Positions 1 through 12,467 of a stretch of DNA of 64,000 nt are shown piece by piece. The DNA lies in NCBI GenBank assembly GCA_002633005.1, contig NMRA01000152.1:422594-486593 (forward strand), in the 5' to 3' direction. The notes below the pieces were generated by a model that had not been told where the DNA came from, did not search any database, and saw only the letters and a program-made list of their open reading frames with translations. The position numbers were made by a program, and so were the translations under genes. Numbering within the stretch: the first letter of the stretch is position 1; every line of letters begins with the position of its first letter. The DNA comes from Phoronis australis (taxonomy: Eukaryota > Animalia > Phoronida).

Positions 1-504
1 GTCTTTGGAGATTTTTAAGGTGGCTTAAAATAGTTGTCGATTTCGTCTCCTGAATTACTCAGCTCATAAGTTCCGTAAAACCATACTTAGCCGGTGCACA
101 TCCAGGTATGAGTCACACCACCAGCAAAATTTTAGTTGGAACATTTGACTCACCGATTTGTACTGGCATACGAAAAGTCGTATACGAAGAAGTGTAGTGC
201 GTATACAGGGGTTCAAAAGCGCACGGAGAACCGACGGCCACGTAAAAACCAACACTTGAATATCACTGATCGCCTGACTGCAACCTCTATTTGTTTCAGA
301 ACGAAGCTTAGTGACCGGCACTGTGCGGCCCGGAAAAAACAGATGTAACTGTATTTGGTTATGAGAAAAATGACGAACGATGATGATCTCAGCTCATAGT
401 CTATTATTAAAAGAGGCAATTAACACTTAAGTGTCACTTTATGAAGCTGAATCACGTTCATGACTGTTGGGCTACCGTATGTCGCAACAATTGAAAAAAC
501 TCCT

Positions 505-632
505 TAAATAAAACAAGAAGAATGGATCAACTGAAATTTGAAATTTTCGGATGTAATAACTTCTTTTGTTGAGGAAGTTATTACATCCGAAAATTTCAAA
601 TTTCAGTTGATCCATTCTTGTTGTTTTATTTA
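505..632. repeat. Near-perfect inverted repeat: 59-bp arms, 1 mismatch, 10-nt loop
   Basis: Arm 505-563 (taaataaaacaagaagaatggatc...gtaataacttc) is the reverse complement of 574-632 except at one base. Confidence 0.95.
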
Positions 633-831
633 CCGATTTATATTCTACATTTCGTGAAACAATAGTATCCTTGGGAGGATCTGGATCGCCTTATTTAGTT
701 TCAGATTTATTTTCTACGTTGAAAAAATCGTCAAATGTATCAGTAAACAAATCATCTGAAAACATTTTCACGGAACCAAAACATACTGTACTTCGTGGTT
801 ACTGAAAAGATCTACAAGACCAGTTCGCCGA

Positions 832-895
832 GGGACTAGATGTACAATGAGAGTCTGAGAGTCGGGACTAGATGTACAATGAGAGTCTGAGAGTC
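832..895. repeat. Perfect 32-bp tandem duplication
   Basis: gggactagatgtacaatgagagtctgagagtc x2. Confidence 0.95.
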
Positions 896-3800
896 AATAT
901 CTACATAAATATGCTGGCCTGGTCCGTCGCGAGACGAATTAAAAACTATTCCCAATACACTTTTTGGTCCCCAGTGGTCGTTTATATGTGTATTTTCCGC
1001 ATCTTGCTGTTACTCAGTGGCAAAACTTGGCGCACTTTCAGTCAAACAAAACTTGCAGAACACTTGCCTTGGATTGCTCTGGATAAGGCGCTTGACGACC
1101 AACGACGAGTCCAATCTTTTCGCTGTTGGTAACATGAGTGATAACCCAAGAAACATTTCCTTAGACATAATGACCCTCAAATGTGTCTTCACACGCCTGA
1201 GCATAGAAAAATGAACTCTATCAATGTCAGCTTTCTAGCGTTTGTGAAGATGTAGGCCTAGCCGCATCTGCGTGCTTGAGAAAGGACCGCCAGCGTCAGA
1301 ATTCTCGCTGAAATGAGAGCAAACGATATGCTTTTTATGTTTATTCTATAACATAGAGCAAAATGTGCCGATAGTCAGAAGGGAGTCAGTCACATTCAGT
1401 GAATCTGTTGATGTCCCAGAAATGCATCCAATCCTCACGTGAGCCTATAAGTCTGCATCACTCATCCTGCTAACCACAGGGACATGGCAGCTTCCACCTG
1501 CCCGTTGTCTTTCGAAAACCTGGTGATCAACTGCTGTGAGAGGTTGTCTAGGAAGAGCATTCCCACTGTACTGCTGTAGTGTACTAACTGGAACAAGCAA
1601 GTATTGAATAAACGTCCCATGCCTGAACACTTGAAACTCGAAGCTGTAATACTAATGCGCGTTTCACTCTGGTGGGCCTTTCTGCGCAACTACAGAAGAC
1701 GGCAGTGATGCTTAATTATTACAGTTAGTGTGACGGTCAGAACCAGGGCTCGTGAGGCCTATTGAACACTACGCGAGTTCCGCAATACTGCTGAGAAAGT
1801 ACAACCTTCCCGCAATTTCTGGTATTGTGCACTGTTCGCGCGAACATGATGCTGTGAGTGTCCCCGGGTTCATTCCGTGTTAGGGCGTATCTGGAAATGC
1901 ATATTATTTTGTATACGTGCCCTTTTTAAGGTACAAATGCATAGGATCCTTTTATCCGGAAACAAAGGAAATGTGATACAATCATTTACGTTTGCAAACG
2001 ATGTAATTTTCAGCTAGTTTGCACTGAAACAAGATAAATAATATATAAGACAGAAAAATGACATTTGTTAATGACGACAAAAGTTAAAATATACAAAATA
2101 CAATGAAGAAACTAAATAAGACGGTAAAATACGATCATCTAATAATATAATATAAACAAGTTACATTAATGGATACCCATATGATACAATAATGAATGAC
2201 TTGTATAGAGTAACAAAAACAGGATCGAAATGCAACAAAATCTAATATAATACGATACAATAGTATGGATACTATAAAATGCAATATGGTAAACGCCCTC
2301 GTAAATAAAGTTTAAAACTGGCCATGTGGCACAATATAAAGTTTCATGAAGGTACATGGGGGATTGAGAGATAGACCTTCACATAAAACATGTTAAAAAG
2401 AGAAGAACCACACGGAAAGTTTATGTGAGTACAACACATTTTACGGAAATCGCCGGAGTAATGTAATTTCAGCTTTATATGAAAATGAAAACTAACGGTA
2501 TATTGTAGAAATGTAGGTTTAAGTTATTGCAAAAATAGCGTACTTTGATTCGAAAACAGATTAATTTATAATTTCTATTAGTAAAAATAATTGAAAATAA
2601 TTACGCCAACTACCTTTGTTTCAATCAATAACCAAAACAGTGCCTTCTGCTTCATGAATGGCAGCAACAACGCCTGTGAAAATAATCAAAATCTGCTTTT
2701 GTTCAATGAGGTCAAAGCGGCCAACTATCATATTGTGCAAAAGTACTTTCCACATAATCAAGCCTCAAATGGCTAAACCGATCAGCGCCATCTCGAGGCC
2801 TGGGAACGAGGCTGCGGCCACCTGAAATTTAACTGAATTATGTTAATTTCGAACATGTTATTGCAGGTCAATTAAATATATTTTTTTGTTTTTTATACGT
2901 AAACCCGTCTTTTGAATTGGAAATAGGAAAATAGACTTCAGAAACTAGGTCTTATACCTTGAACGTTCAAATACTTCAACAGTTCGAAATAGTTTTAGAA
3001 TAAGACAACAACATAACCACGTGAATGGCGCTTAAAAACGACTGAGTAGGCCTTACCTTTGTGCTTACGCGCACGATTGCTTAAATCAAAGGCATCAAGT
3101 AGCCCCAAGTCAACTGTTTGGCGTCCACAGATGTACTGCTTATCATGGAATAGCACTGAATTGTGCAAAACTACACTTTCTACAGTACTGGCAAGCAGTT
3201 CAGGAAGGTTCACCACCCGGCCATGTACTAGCAAACAGCGTAAGTAACCAACTGTGAACTGAACCTGGTTTCAATCCGTCTATCAGTATGTGATGTATCA
3301 GTCTTATGGTTAGGGTAGAGGAGGATTAAGATATGTGAAGGTTTTTCAAGACAAAAAGTTTACGTCATATCCCCTGGCGCGCCCAGTGTTTACAGTTAAA
3401 AATGGTGAGTTACCGATTTTGGGAACTGAACAAGGCCACAAGGGACTGCTCCAAGAAAAAGTTTCATTACCAGCAATACGTAAACTAGTAGGTCATCCGC
3501 CAGGTTCTCTGCATAAGTTAGGTTAGCGCTTCACACACTCCGCATGTCTCAAGCTCCAGGATGATTGTAGTTGGCCAAAACTACCAAAAGTTTAAAGATA
3601 TTCAGTTAAAAAGGAAAGACAAAACATCTCTGAACATATCTGGTCAATATCAAGTGTGACAGCTCGTAAGCAAGTCAAAGTGATCGTTTTTACCCCTCGC
3701 CTTATCTCTCACTGCCGCAGTTGACTAGTTTTTCCCAATGCAACAGAAAATCCTCATACACTTAATTTGTGATGACTCTTTTCAATTTGAATCCACCTGC

Positions 3801-4526
3801 AATACCATAAAACAAATCAATATAGGTGCGACCTTTGTTATACTCTGAAGTGTTTCGTAAACATAACTCAGGTGTTTGATTACTCCTAAACTTGATTATT
3901 CCGAAAATAGTTTCATCGGTTTCTTCTCTTTTAAAGTGTATGCCTTCGGTTCCAATGGCCGGGCTCAAGCGCTAGTTTACGGCTGAATGCCCTGCACTGT
4001 GCATGAGAATCAAAATAGTTAATATAAAATAAAAGGTTATAAGTATACTGGTGTGAAAATTATCAGGGATTTAACAAAAATTTCGAATTAGCTTGACCAA
4101 TTGATGATAGTATGTGATGGAAAGCTAAAATCAAAAGGCCAAAAATGGCAATTTTTGGTCGCCCCAAATGTGTTAATTACAATTTTTTGTTTAATTTTCT
4201 TCAAACTCATACATTTCAATCTTGATTATGCTGATGTCTGTTGGGACTGTCGGCAACTAACCGCAGATGAGAGGCTCGGCCATTCTAAAATGATCGTTTT
4301 CTCACAGGCAGTTTCGTGTTTTCAGCGGTGATTTCACTGATCAAAACGGCTCAATAAGCCAAAACTTTGTTAAACATGAAAATTCATCCAATTTTGATGA
4401 AAGTTAGCAACGTTTTTAATAAAGTACTTATCTCTTTTATGAGCTATCGGCAAATGGGATTGATTCTTAATAAGACTACCACACGGTGTTTTCTGCGAGT
4501 CCCACGGTATCCTGGATGGGGCTAAC

Positions 4527-5160
4527 TGAGTCATTTTCGCACATGCGCAGTTCACTGTTTCAATATTACTGGTAATGTTTGATAACGGGAGTTCAGTATT
4601 TGTTCGAGTTGGAAGAAATTAAATACATTAAGGGCCTTCCAAGGTGTCCCTCTATGCGCAAAAGGTATTTATGACAACGTAGCATTGATGTTTTATAGTC
4701 AGTGCGAGGCATTATTCGCCGAAAATCTTCCGCCGTATGGATCGCCTATAGGAGCTTCACAGTCTCTACTGCGGAGCCAGTAGAGACTGTGGTCACTATC
4801 TACTGTGCTTTAGCTGCAGGGTTCGTTGATGAATGTTTAGCCAAGAAATGTGAATAGATCTTATCAAAAGGTACAAGAAAACTACAGAAAGCTTCACACA
4901 TGGATGTACAGATCTCGAGTTATTCGAGCATTGCCAGCTGTTACTGAACACCTGACGCTGTTATATTTCTCGATCACTGAGGAGCAGAAGTCATAGGCCT
5001 ACTTTGAAGCACCAAAGTATCATACCCTGAATAATGCGCTTTCAAGGAAGTCACGCATTTCTAAAGATGTGCGTGAATTTTCACCACTCGTCCTTCTGAG
5101 CGTCTGTTACCAGGACCAAAGAGAGCGCGGCGCGGAGTCGGATGCAGTTGTGATGACCGC
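4527..5160 (+). promoter_or_regulatory. Candidate promoter / non-coding first exon region of the LHFPL7-like gene
   Basis: Locally CpG-richer (gagcgcggcgcggagtcgg), with an NRF1-like cgcacatgcgca at 4538-4549 and AP-1-like tgagtca at 4527-4533. The ATG exon is preceded by an acceptor, implying an upstream exon. Inference only. Confidence 0.3.
4758..4791. repeat. Perfect 14-bp hairpin with 6-nt loop
   Basis: cacagtctctactg-cggagc-cagtagagactgtg. Confidence 0.9.
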
Positions 5161-6676
5161 ATTGTTCCATTCAAGCAAGACTCAATTAAGTGTAATTACC
5201 GGACCATAAACTGTGGAGTGTAGTAAACATCTCTGCCTGTACATTAAAGTGGCAAATTTTCAAAATGCATAAACCAGTAATTTTTGTTAACAACGAATGC
5301 CATGACGGTATTCAGCTGGAAAAAACGACCATGTATGGTTTTTGATTTTTAAAAATCTGTCAACCTAATAAGCTAAAAACTACAAACACTGAGTACGATT
5401 GAAGATAAACGACAGTGCGCATTGATATACTCGGTGGATTTACAAATGCTGTTTCGCCAGCGATCAAAATTAACCACTGTTTTGGTACTTCAAGTTTAAA
5501 GAATAAAGATATCAACCTGTTCCCGGTAAGAAAAAACAAGTAGACAGGAGTATTAAAAATGAAATTAAGAAAACTGGTATGAAACATTTTTAAAACTATA
5601 ATTGTTCCTATGGGAAGTGTCCTTTTGTGAGGAGAAACACACATTAACTTTTTTAGTCATTTTGTAATATTTAAAATGTACCAAGATTACTGCTCTCCAC
5701 AGTTGCAGGCTGTAGCTCTGTGCAAATGTCAGAGAAATCCAATTTGGGTGTAATAGGCATTCTTGAACAGTAGTGCTACTAGCTATTACCTTTCCACTTC
5801 ATTAGATCAGACCTACATCAATACAAAGGGCATGCTGAATAGGCATCCTAAAAATTGTCTGGAGCTGAAGGAATTTGAGCAGTGACCAGTGTAAGCGAGA
5901 AATTCTCCACATGTTCTTAATTAAGTACCTTAGTTGAAATGTTTTTAATCAACATTTATCATTGCTTGATCAATGGGCTGAATTTAGTGATTCAATGTGA
6001 TGAATTGGCTTTTTAAAATAATTAATCTTTCTGCTCTTATTCCAGCACACAGTTGCTTTATAAACGAGCAGTATTGCTTATTCAACCTGTTGCATTACTT
6101 ATTCAGCGCATTGTTTGTCACGTCCAATCAAAGACAAGTTTACAGTTAGTACATACCACCGTAAGGAGGCAGCACAGACAAGACAAGACCATGGTGAAAC
6201 AAGTACTAAGTACAATCTTGGAAACTCATTAGCCTTGCACTCGTGTAGTAGACAGTCTTACGTTAGTTTGAGATTTGAGTAGGTACCCCAAGGGATTTTT
6301 AGAGGATTAAAACAGCAACTCTGATTTTGTAATATGATAGAACTACTCATTCTGAAGAAAATAATACTTCATTTTCCAAAATTGGTTGATAAATAAGACG
6401 GTTATGGGATTTTATGAATTCCAAAATGTTGTTGCAGATTTCATTGACCAAATAACCTTATTTGGAGACCACCTCAAGTCTAAAACATTCCATTAATACA
6501 TCAAAGACTTGTATAATGTCACCACTGTTCTTCCATACTCTCACCACAGCAAAGATGAAACTCCTGTCTTTATTAGTTTTCTACTTATGTTCACGTTGAT
6601 TAAGCAATACCACACATCAAATAAGCAATTCTTCTGTATCCGTGAGCCAAAGTGCCATCATTTTTCGGAATACCAG

Positions 6677-6773
6677 CCCTTCGAACTATCGACCCTTCAG
6701 AGTATTGACCATTCAGACTATCGACTCTTTGGATTATCTACCTTATTGGACTATCGACCCTTCGAACTATTGC
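6677..6773. repeat. Degenerate 16-bp tandem repeat (consensus cccttcgractatcga), about 6 units
   Basis: Units start at 6677, 6693, 6709, 6725, 6741 and 6758. Confidence 0.85.
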
Positions 6774-7662
6774 CTACTAGGTGATGCTTAAGTCCTTTGG
6801 ACTATCAAACAACCTCCAACTATAATTCTTTACCCTTTGTGTATGCTAAATGGTACACCTTATTCTCGAGGAAATATGTTTTGAGCCTGGGAACGCCAAC
6901 CTTTAATGTTGCAGTAATATGTTCCTCAATGTTGCTGGGTGTGCAACATAATTGGGCCAACTAGCTACCAAACCACCTGGAAGATTTGGATTTTGAGGTA
7001 AGCCAAGTGTCGCCATACAATACATGTTCAGAAGGGTGTCCTTTGTACATTTTCATAGTGTACTCCAAAATATTACCTATTATTGGTAATTGCGTGATCA
7101 GTGGTGCTCACTCTAGTGAATGATTGATGAACTACAATGAACAATAAGGTTTACTGACCCCCATTGTACTAGCCTTTGTTTCTTTAGTAATTTCATCATC
7201 AATTTTTGATGAGGAGGATGACGACAATGGTAAGGGTGACGATAATGATGAAGTTGTTGTTGCTGTCAGGATCGATGTCAGTGGTGTTGCTTTGTTGTGT
7301 TAATCCATGTTACATGATTTACTTACAGTCCTACCAGGTTGCTGTAAGAACACATAACTTGTGTGTGTGTCTGTTCTCTGTGTTATCTGACAGAGGTCTC
7401 TGTATGTTTGAAGATAATTCTCACATCTTCATGATGTGTTTGCTTGGTCGTTTTAGATATGTCCAACCGTAGATCCACAAATAAAAGTAAATTATGGTGT
7501 ACTTGCATATGTGTCCTCTTCATTATTGACTGGTCAGTTATTTCACCACGTGCCAGTTCATTGGAGGTTTAGTTGTTTTTAAGTTATGAGAGCATTTTGA
7601 GTAAAGAAGAATCAGTGTAAGCCAGTGTTGTCTTCAAACATACTTGCATCATTCTAAAATAA

Positions 7663-7805
7663 CATGGGCGGCGCAGCACTGAAAAAAGTGGGGCTAAAAC
7701 CCCCTCAGCCCCCTTGTAGTGCTCTGCCTTAAACCACGTGTGGCGTAGCACTGAAAAAAGTGGGGGGCTATGGCCCCCCCAGCCCCCTATGGTGCGCCGC
7801 CCATG
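7663..7805. mobile_element. MITE with perfect 13-bp TIRs and 5-bp TSD (AATAA)
   Basis: catgggcggcgca ... tgcgccgcccatg; aataa at 7658-7662 and 7806-7810; internal repeat ggcg(c/t)agcactgaaaaaagtgggg x2. Confidence 0.75.
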
Positions 7806-8479
7806 AATAAGTATAAAGCTCCAATATCTAGCTGTCATCGTGGATTTCTGTTTTAGCCAGCTACAAAACAGTGCAAAATGCAGCTTTTATTGAAATAAAA
7901 GTCTTGTTCCAAAGTCATGTTGACGAAATGTGAGAAGCAAAGTTTGCTTAATGTGTCTGTGTAGTCTTTAACTGTTCTTTATGCATCTAAGGGGTCAAGC
8001 TGAGCAATTATTGCTCCTAATGCCTGATTGTATCACCATTCATTAACCCTAACCCCCTGCATAATGGAACAGTCCATCCTTATATAGATCTGTGCAGACT
8101 CTTGTCTGCTGCTAGGGATTGTTAGCCTGGAGTTGCTAAGAAACCTGTAAAAATTGGAGCTGTGTGAATTTAATTGTAACAGTTTCCTGTGTAGATGTAA
8201 TGTGATATACCTGCTCAGTTTCCGTGGTTAACAACCAATTTGGAACTAATTAACAGTGCTGTCAATTGATTTCATTGGTATTTTGTACCATCATTATGGT
8301 CAGAACATTGGAAATTAAGCTTCCTTGACAGTGTGGAATGTATGGTTTCCATACAAGTAGTTACTTGACAATTTCGATGCCATTTTCTGCAAATCACAGT
8401 TCTGATGACATGTAACTGCAAGAAAGTGAACAATGCCTTCTGATTTGACTGGTATCTGATGGATTGATTGACAGTCGCC

Positions 8480-8867
8480 ATGACTACACCTGTTGGCATT
8501 GTCTGGTCACTTTTGTCCCTCATTGTGGCTGGTGTGTGTTCACTGAGTCTTCTTCAACCCTACTGGTTCATTCATCCACTGACAAGGAATTCTTTTGGTC
8601 TCTTCAGCTATTGCCTTCATCATAATGGCGGCGAGAGGTGGGACAATGGAGTGATAGCCCACATCAAGTCTAACTGCGGGATATACGGTGGATATTTCAA
8701 CTTTTCCCATTTTCCATCGAGCTCGTTTCAAGCTGCATGCGTCATGTACGGTGGAGGATGCTTATTCATGTGTCTGGCAGCCATGTTGGCAATCACCGTA
8801 TTGTGTGTGCCTCAAAAATATGAAGAAGGTCTGGCACTGTTTGCGGGATATCTTCAGTGCATTGCAG
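8480..8867 (+). CDS. LHFPL7: LHFPL-family tetraspan membrane protein (LHFPL7/TMEM211-like), coding exon 1
   Basis: ATG at 8480 in gccATG context just after an acceptor-like ttgattgacag (8474). Translation MTTPVGIVWSLLSLIVAGVCSLSLLQPYWF...NSFGLFSYC...CGIYGGYFNFSHFPSSSFQAACVMYGGG...YLQCIA has the LHFPL/claudin-like W-x-FGL-x-YC signature and three hydrophobic helices. Donor G|GTAGGA at 8867/8868, phase 1. Family call is firm; the paralog name comes from recalled similarity. Confidence 0.85.
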
Positions 8868-11800
8868 GTAGGAGAGTTAGGACGTGTTGTAGTGTAGGAA
8901 AGTACCTGTATGAATTTCTTTGGAAACTTTTTAAACGTGACGTGTTTTCATGTCTTTTCAACAACCATTATTGTGTAGATGATTCAGTTATTTCATATCC
9001 TTATGCTTTCGTTTTTTGATGTATTTTCTGTTTGCACAAAATTGCTTGAGTGCGTTATTTTAGTTTATTCAGTTACTACTTCATAGAAAATTTCTTGAAG
9101 GGTAGTGTTGAAATTTGCACTTGTAGTATGAGGTATTAAAATAGAAAACGTGATTAATGCATATCCATTGTTGAGGTGTTCCCCGTGTTTTAGCCTCAAA
9201 TGTTGCCAATTCTACCAGCCTTCCTGGTTTCTATATCCACTTTTCATGAGATATTGATGCTTTTAGCCAGGCAGCCAAATTGACACACACTCAAGTGAAG
9301 TCGATAAATCAAGCGTATCATCCCATTACAGTTGATCTGGCCTTTGATTATTTATACATTTACTTTGATGAGTGAAAATAGGTTCACCAATGCGCAAATC
9401 CATTTCTCTGACAATCTACTTTCACCGTGGAAAGCCCTTTCAGTTACACTAGTGTAAGCTGGTTTTATCAGAATTTTTTAAAAATTTGGGATGTAAAGAT
9501 GTGAGTGGTAAAAATCCTTTAGCTTAGGGAACTATATGATAGTCGAATTCTATTTTGTCAACTGTCTAAACAAAATGAAAAGTTAAGAAAACATTACCGC
9601 AACTTGATAAATTTACAAATAACCTGTTTTTTCTTAGATGCTAATTGATTATGCTTATCCACGTGGGAAAATGATCATTTAGAGTATACTGAGTCGGGGA
9701 AAATCATTAAAATTTCTATTGTGATTAATTATTGAATATGCTATGATATGTTGAACCTTAATGTTAATGTAGTAATCAGCTTGCTGGTGGCTTGTTACCT
9801 GGTCAGTTCAGGTGAAAATGTTAGATAACCACACAGAGTGTTGTAAGACTGCCATGTAAATTTGCACCGTGTTGATGGAGTTGAGCTCCTTGTACCATGC
9901 CAACTGGAAAAAGGTCTGATGCAATCAAAACCCTTCAGTGGCTTGAGAACTTAAGTACTTATTTCCTAGATTTGCGAAAGAGACATCATGTGGGATTCCA
10001 TCTCGGGCGTATTTAGTTGTGTGCATTACTGCAAGGTCATTTAAAAGTTCATATCCAGTCATGAAACATGATGATTGCATGGAATCTGTGGAAATTTTTT
10101 ACCTCTTTTTGCGTCAAGGCTCTCAGGGTCGTACAATCATCCTCCTCACAGATCTCATTGACAGTGTCGTGGCGGAATTTGATCACCTGGTCTGTATCGT
10201 TGGAATTTGAATACAAATTGTACTAATCGTGTGTCAAGACAAAATATGGTGCAATTGCTGACGCAATTTTAATGCGCCAGTTAACTTGTGTTAAGCAATG
10301 ACAGAGTGTCGGCAAAAAAATTATTAACCAGTGACGTGGGGTACACTGTCTCCTAAAAATATTCTGGGACCTGTAGTTCTCATTATTTAGCTGCACCTCA
10401 CTTCTTACAAACTCACTAGGTGCTCTCCCATTCAAATTTCACTGCAAAATCTGTGGGAATGTTGCAGTGGTAAAGCAGTGCTGTACTTGAGTCAAGTCGC
10501 CGCCTTGTGTTGCTAAGGCAGGTTACACAATAAAGGTTGGGACAAACAACAACGGAGCAGCAGCTGTAATTCGTGTTGTTTCTTTTTTTCTTTGTAGTTA
10601 ACTGATTTTTGCCATTCAAACAATTATAACAAAGTTCAGTTTTCAATGACAGATTTAGTCAGTGTCTAAAATGGAAGGGGAAAGAATCTTCACTGGACAA
10701 TTTAATTGGGATGATGCTCATCCTGTTGAGCCGGAAAATAATTTAAGATCTAGACGGATAAGAGAGTCTATCTGGGTTAGAAAGAGTGGAAAATTTGGAA
10801 CAGCCTGACCACCATGCCACCTAGTGTCCAATAACTTCGGAAGTTGGCTGCTGATAGGAGCCGAAGCTGTCTAGGTGTTATGCTTTCCTGGTTGTGAAAA
10901 TAAGAAACTATCAATTTGGGAAAGAATCTTGTTGAGAACAGACAGCAGTTATCACTGGCATCCATCTTTGCTCCCTAATTCCTAAACAAAAGATGGTGGT
11001 CATGTGTCATAAGTTCAGACATGTTGGAAAGTGGCTATTGTAATCCTGGCTGGTAAGAAGCATTCTTAGTTGTCATTTGAGAAATGATATGTAGAGTTTT
11101 TAGTTCTTTTTTAAGGTTCTTGAGCAACACAATTCATACATACATGTACACTGTCAAAGTTGCCTTTACTTCGAGTTTTTGAAGTAAAACGTACAGAACT
11201 TGTGCTTCTCTCAAATATTTCCTTTCCATGCCATTAATAGCAAAATTAATAAGATGTATTTGTTCATCATCGTCATCATCATTGCCATCATCATCCCTCG
11301 AATTTTTTTGTTTCACATGGAACTTATCACGCTCGCGATTTCATTGGTAGTACTGAGTTCACGAATAAAGCACCCTCTGTCTGTGGATTAAATCAACAAT
11401 TGTTCAGGAGAAAAAGACACCGTTTGTAGGAAACGAAATGTGGTACATGAAAAAAGAGATAACTTTGTAAGAACTAAACTGATGTCAATGAGAAAAGAAC
11501 TCCGTTCAGCTATCAAGAAAAGAGTTGTGTTGATGAGAGGAGAATGCTACTGTATTCCTAAAAAGGCATGTTCACAAGAAAGATTGTCTACCCTAGAGTT
11601 TTATTATTTCTTGATATTGACAGAGACTGGCACTGCTATGAAATTAACAGTAATAGAGAATTGGAGTATTTGTATATTTTTGTTGCAATGTTTTTGTTAA
11701 AACAGTTTTTAATGCAAACTAAAAAAACAAAAAATGGTTTGTTCAACAAATGGACTCTTTCTCATGATTTCCTATAGACTTTTCTGCTCCTTAAGTTAAT

Positions 11801-12251
11801 TCCATAAATATTCACTTGAGTCAGTTATATTGATCAACAGAGAACTCCAGCCATGATAAGGGTTATGTGTATTCTGTTTCCTGACTAATAACTTAATAAT
11901 TACATTAGAACTGAATTCATTGTTGCCTGGTTTTCATTACTCCATTCCCGATCAATAGAGATCAGATGAGAACGGCAATCTTAATTACTGCTTACTTAAT
12001 AATACCTTTCGATTTGTTTGATGACCATAGAAAAATGGAGGTTCCTTCATGCAATAACATTTCTCCTGTGACAGGCAGTATTTGTTTTATTTCATTGCTG
12101 TTTGTTATCATTTCTTATAGCTGGTCAAAACTGTATGTTCCGTGTAGTCTCATTTTTTATTTTCAGAAGACCTGATGCTTAGATTTTGATAGGATAAACT
12201 GTGCATTTCAAAATACAGTTGGTAATTCTCTACTTACTTGAACGAAAGTAA

Positions 12252-12467
12252 TTGCTAAATTTTCATGTTTCCATTTTTTAAAGGCCAATCGCCTTTTTGG
12301 CAAGTAATGAAAACTTTAGCAAATGTTGTTTTGAACCATTTCCACGCTACAAACCATGCTAGTAATAGCCTAAAATGTTCTTGATTTTTACTTTTGTGGA
12401 GAAATTTAACAAAATACAATTTCACTTGTCAGCCATATTGCATGCTAAATAAATGAAAAATTACTGT
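12252..12467. repeat. Old dispersed repeat; related copies at about 12983-13128 and 19522-19688
   Basis: Shared blocks attgc..aaattt..tttttaaaggc and ttttgtggagaaatttaacaaa / tttttgttaagaaatttaacaaa, aligned by eye. Confidence 0.5.

Noticed and set aside
8868-9019. C-terminal part of the 183-aa ORF 8468-9019
   Set aside because: Read-through into the intron past the donor at 8868; the LHFPL C-terminal half is in 31747-31979.
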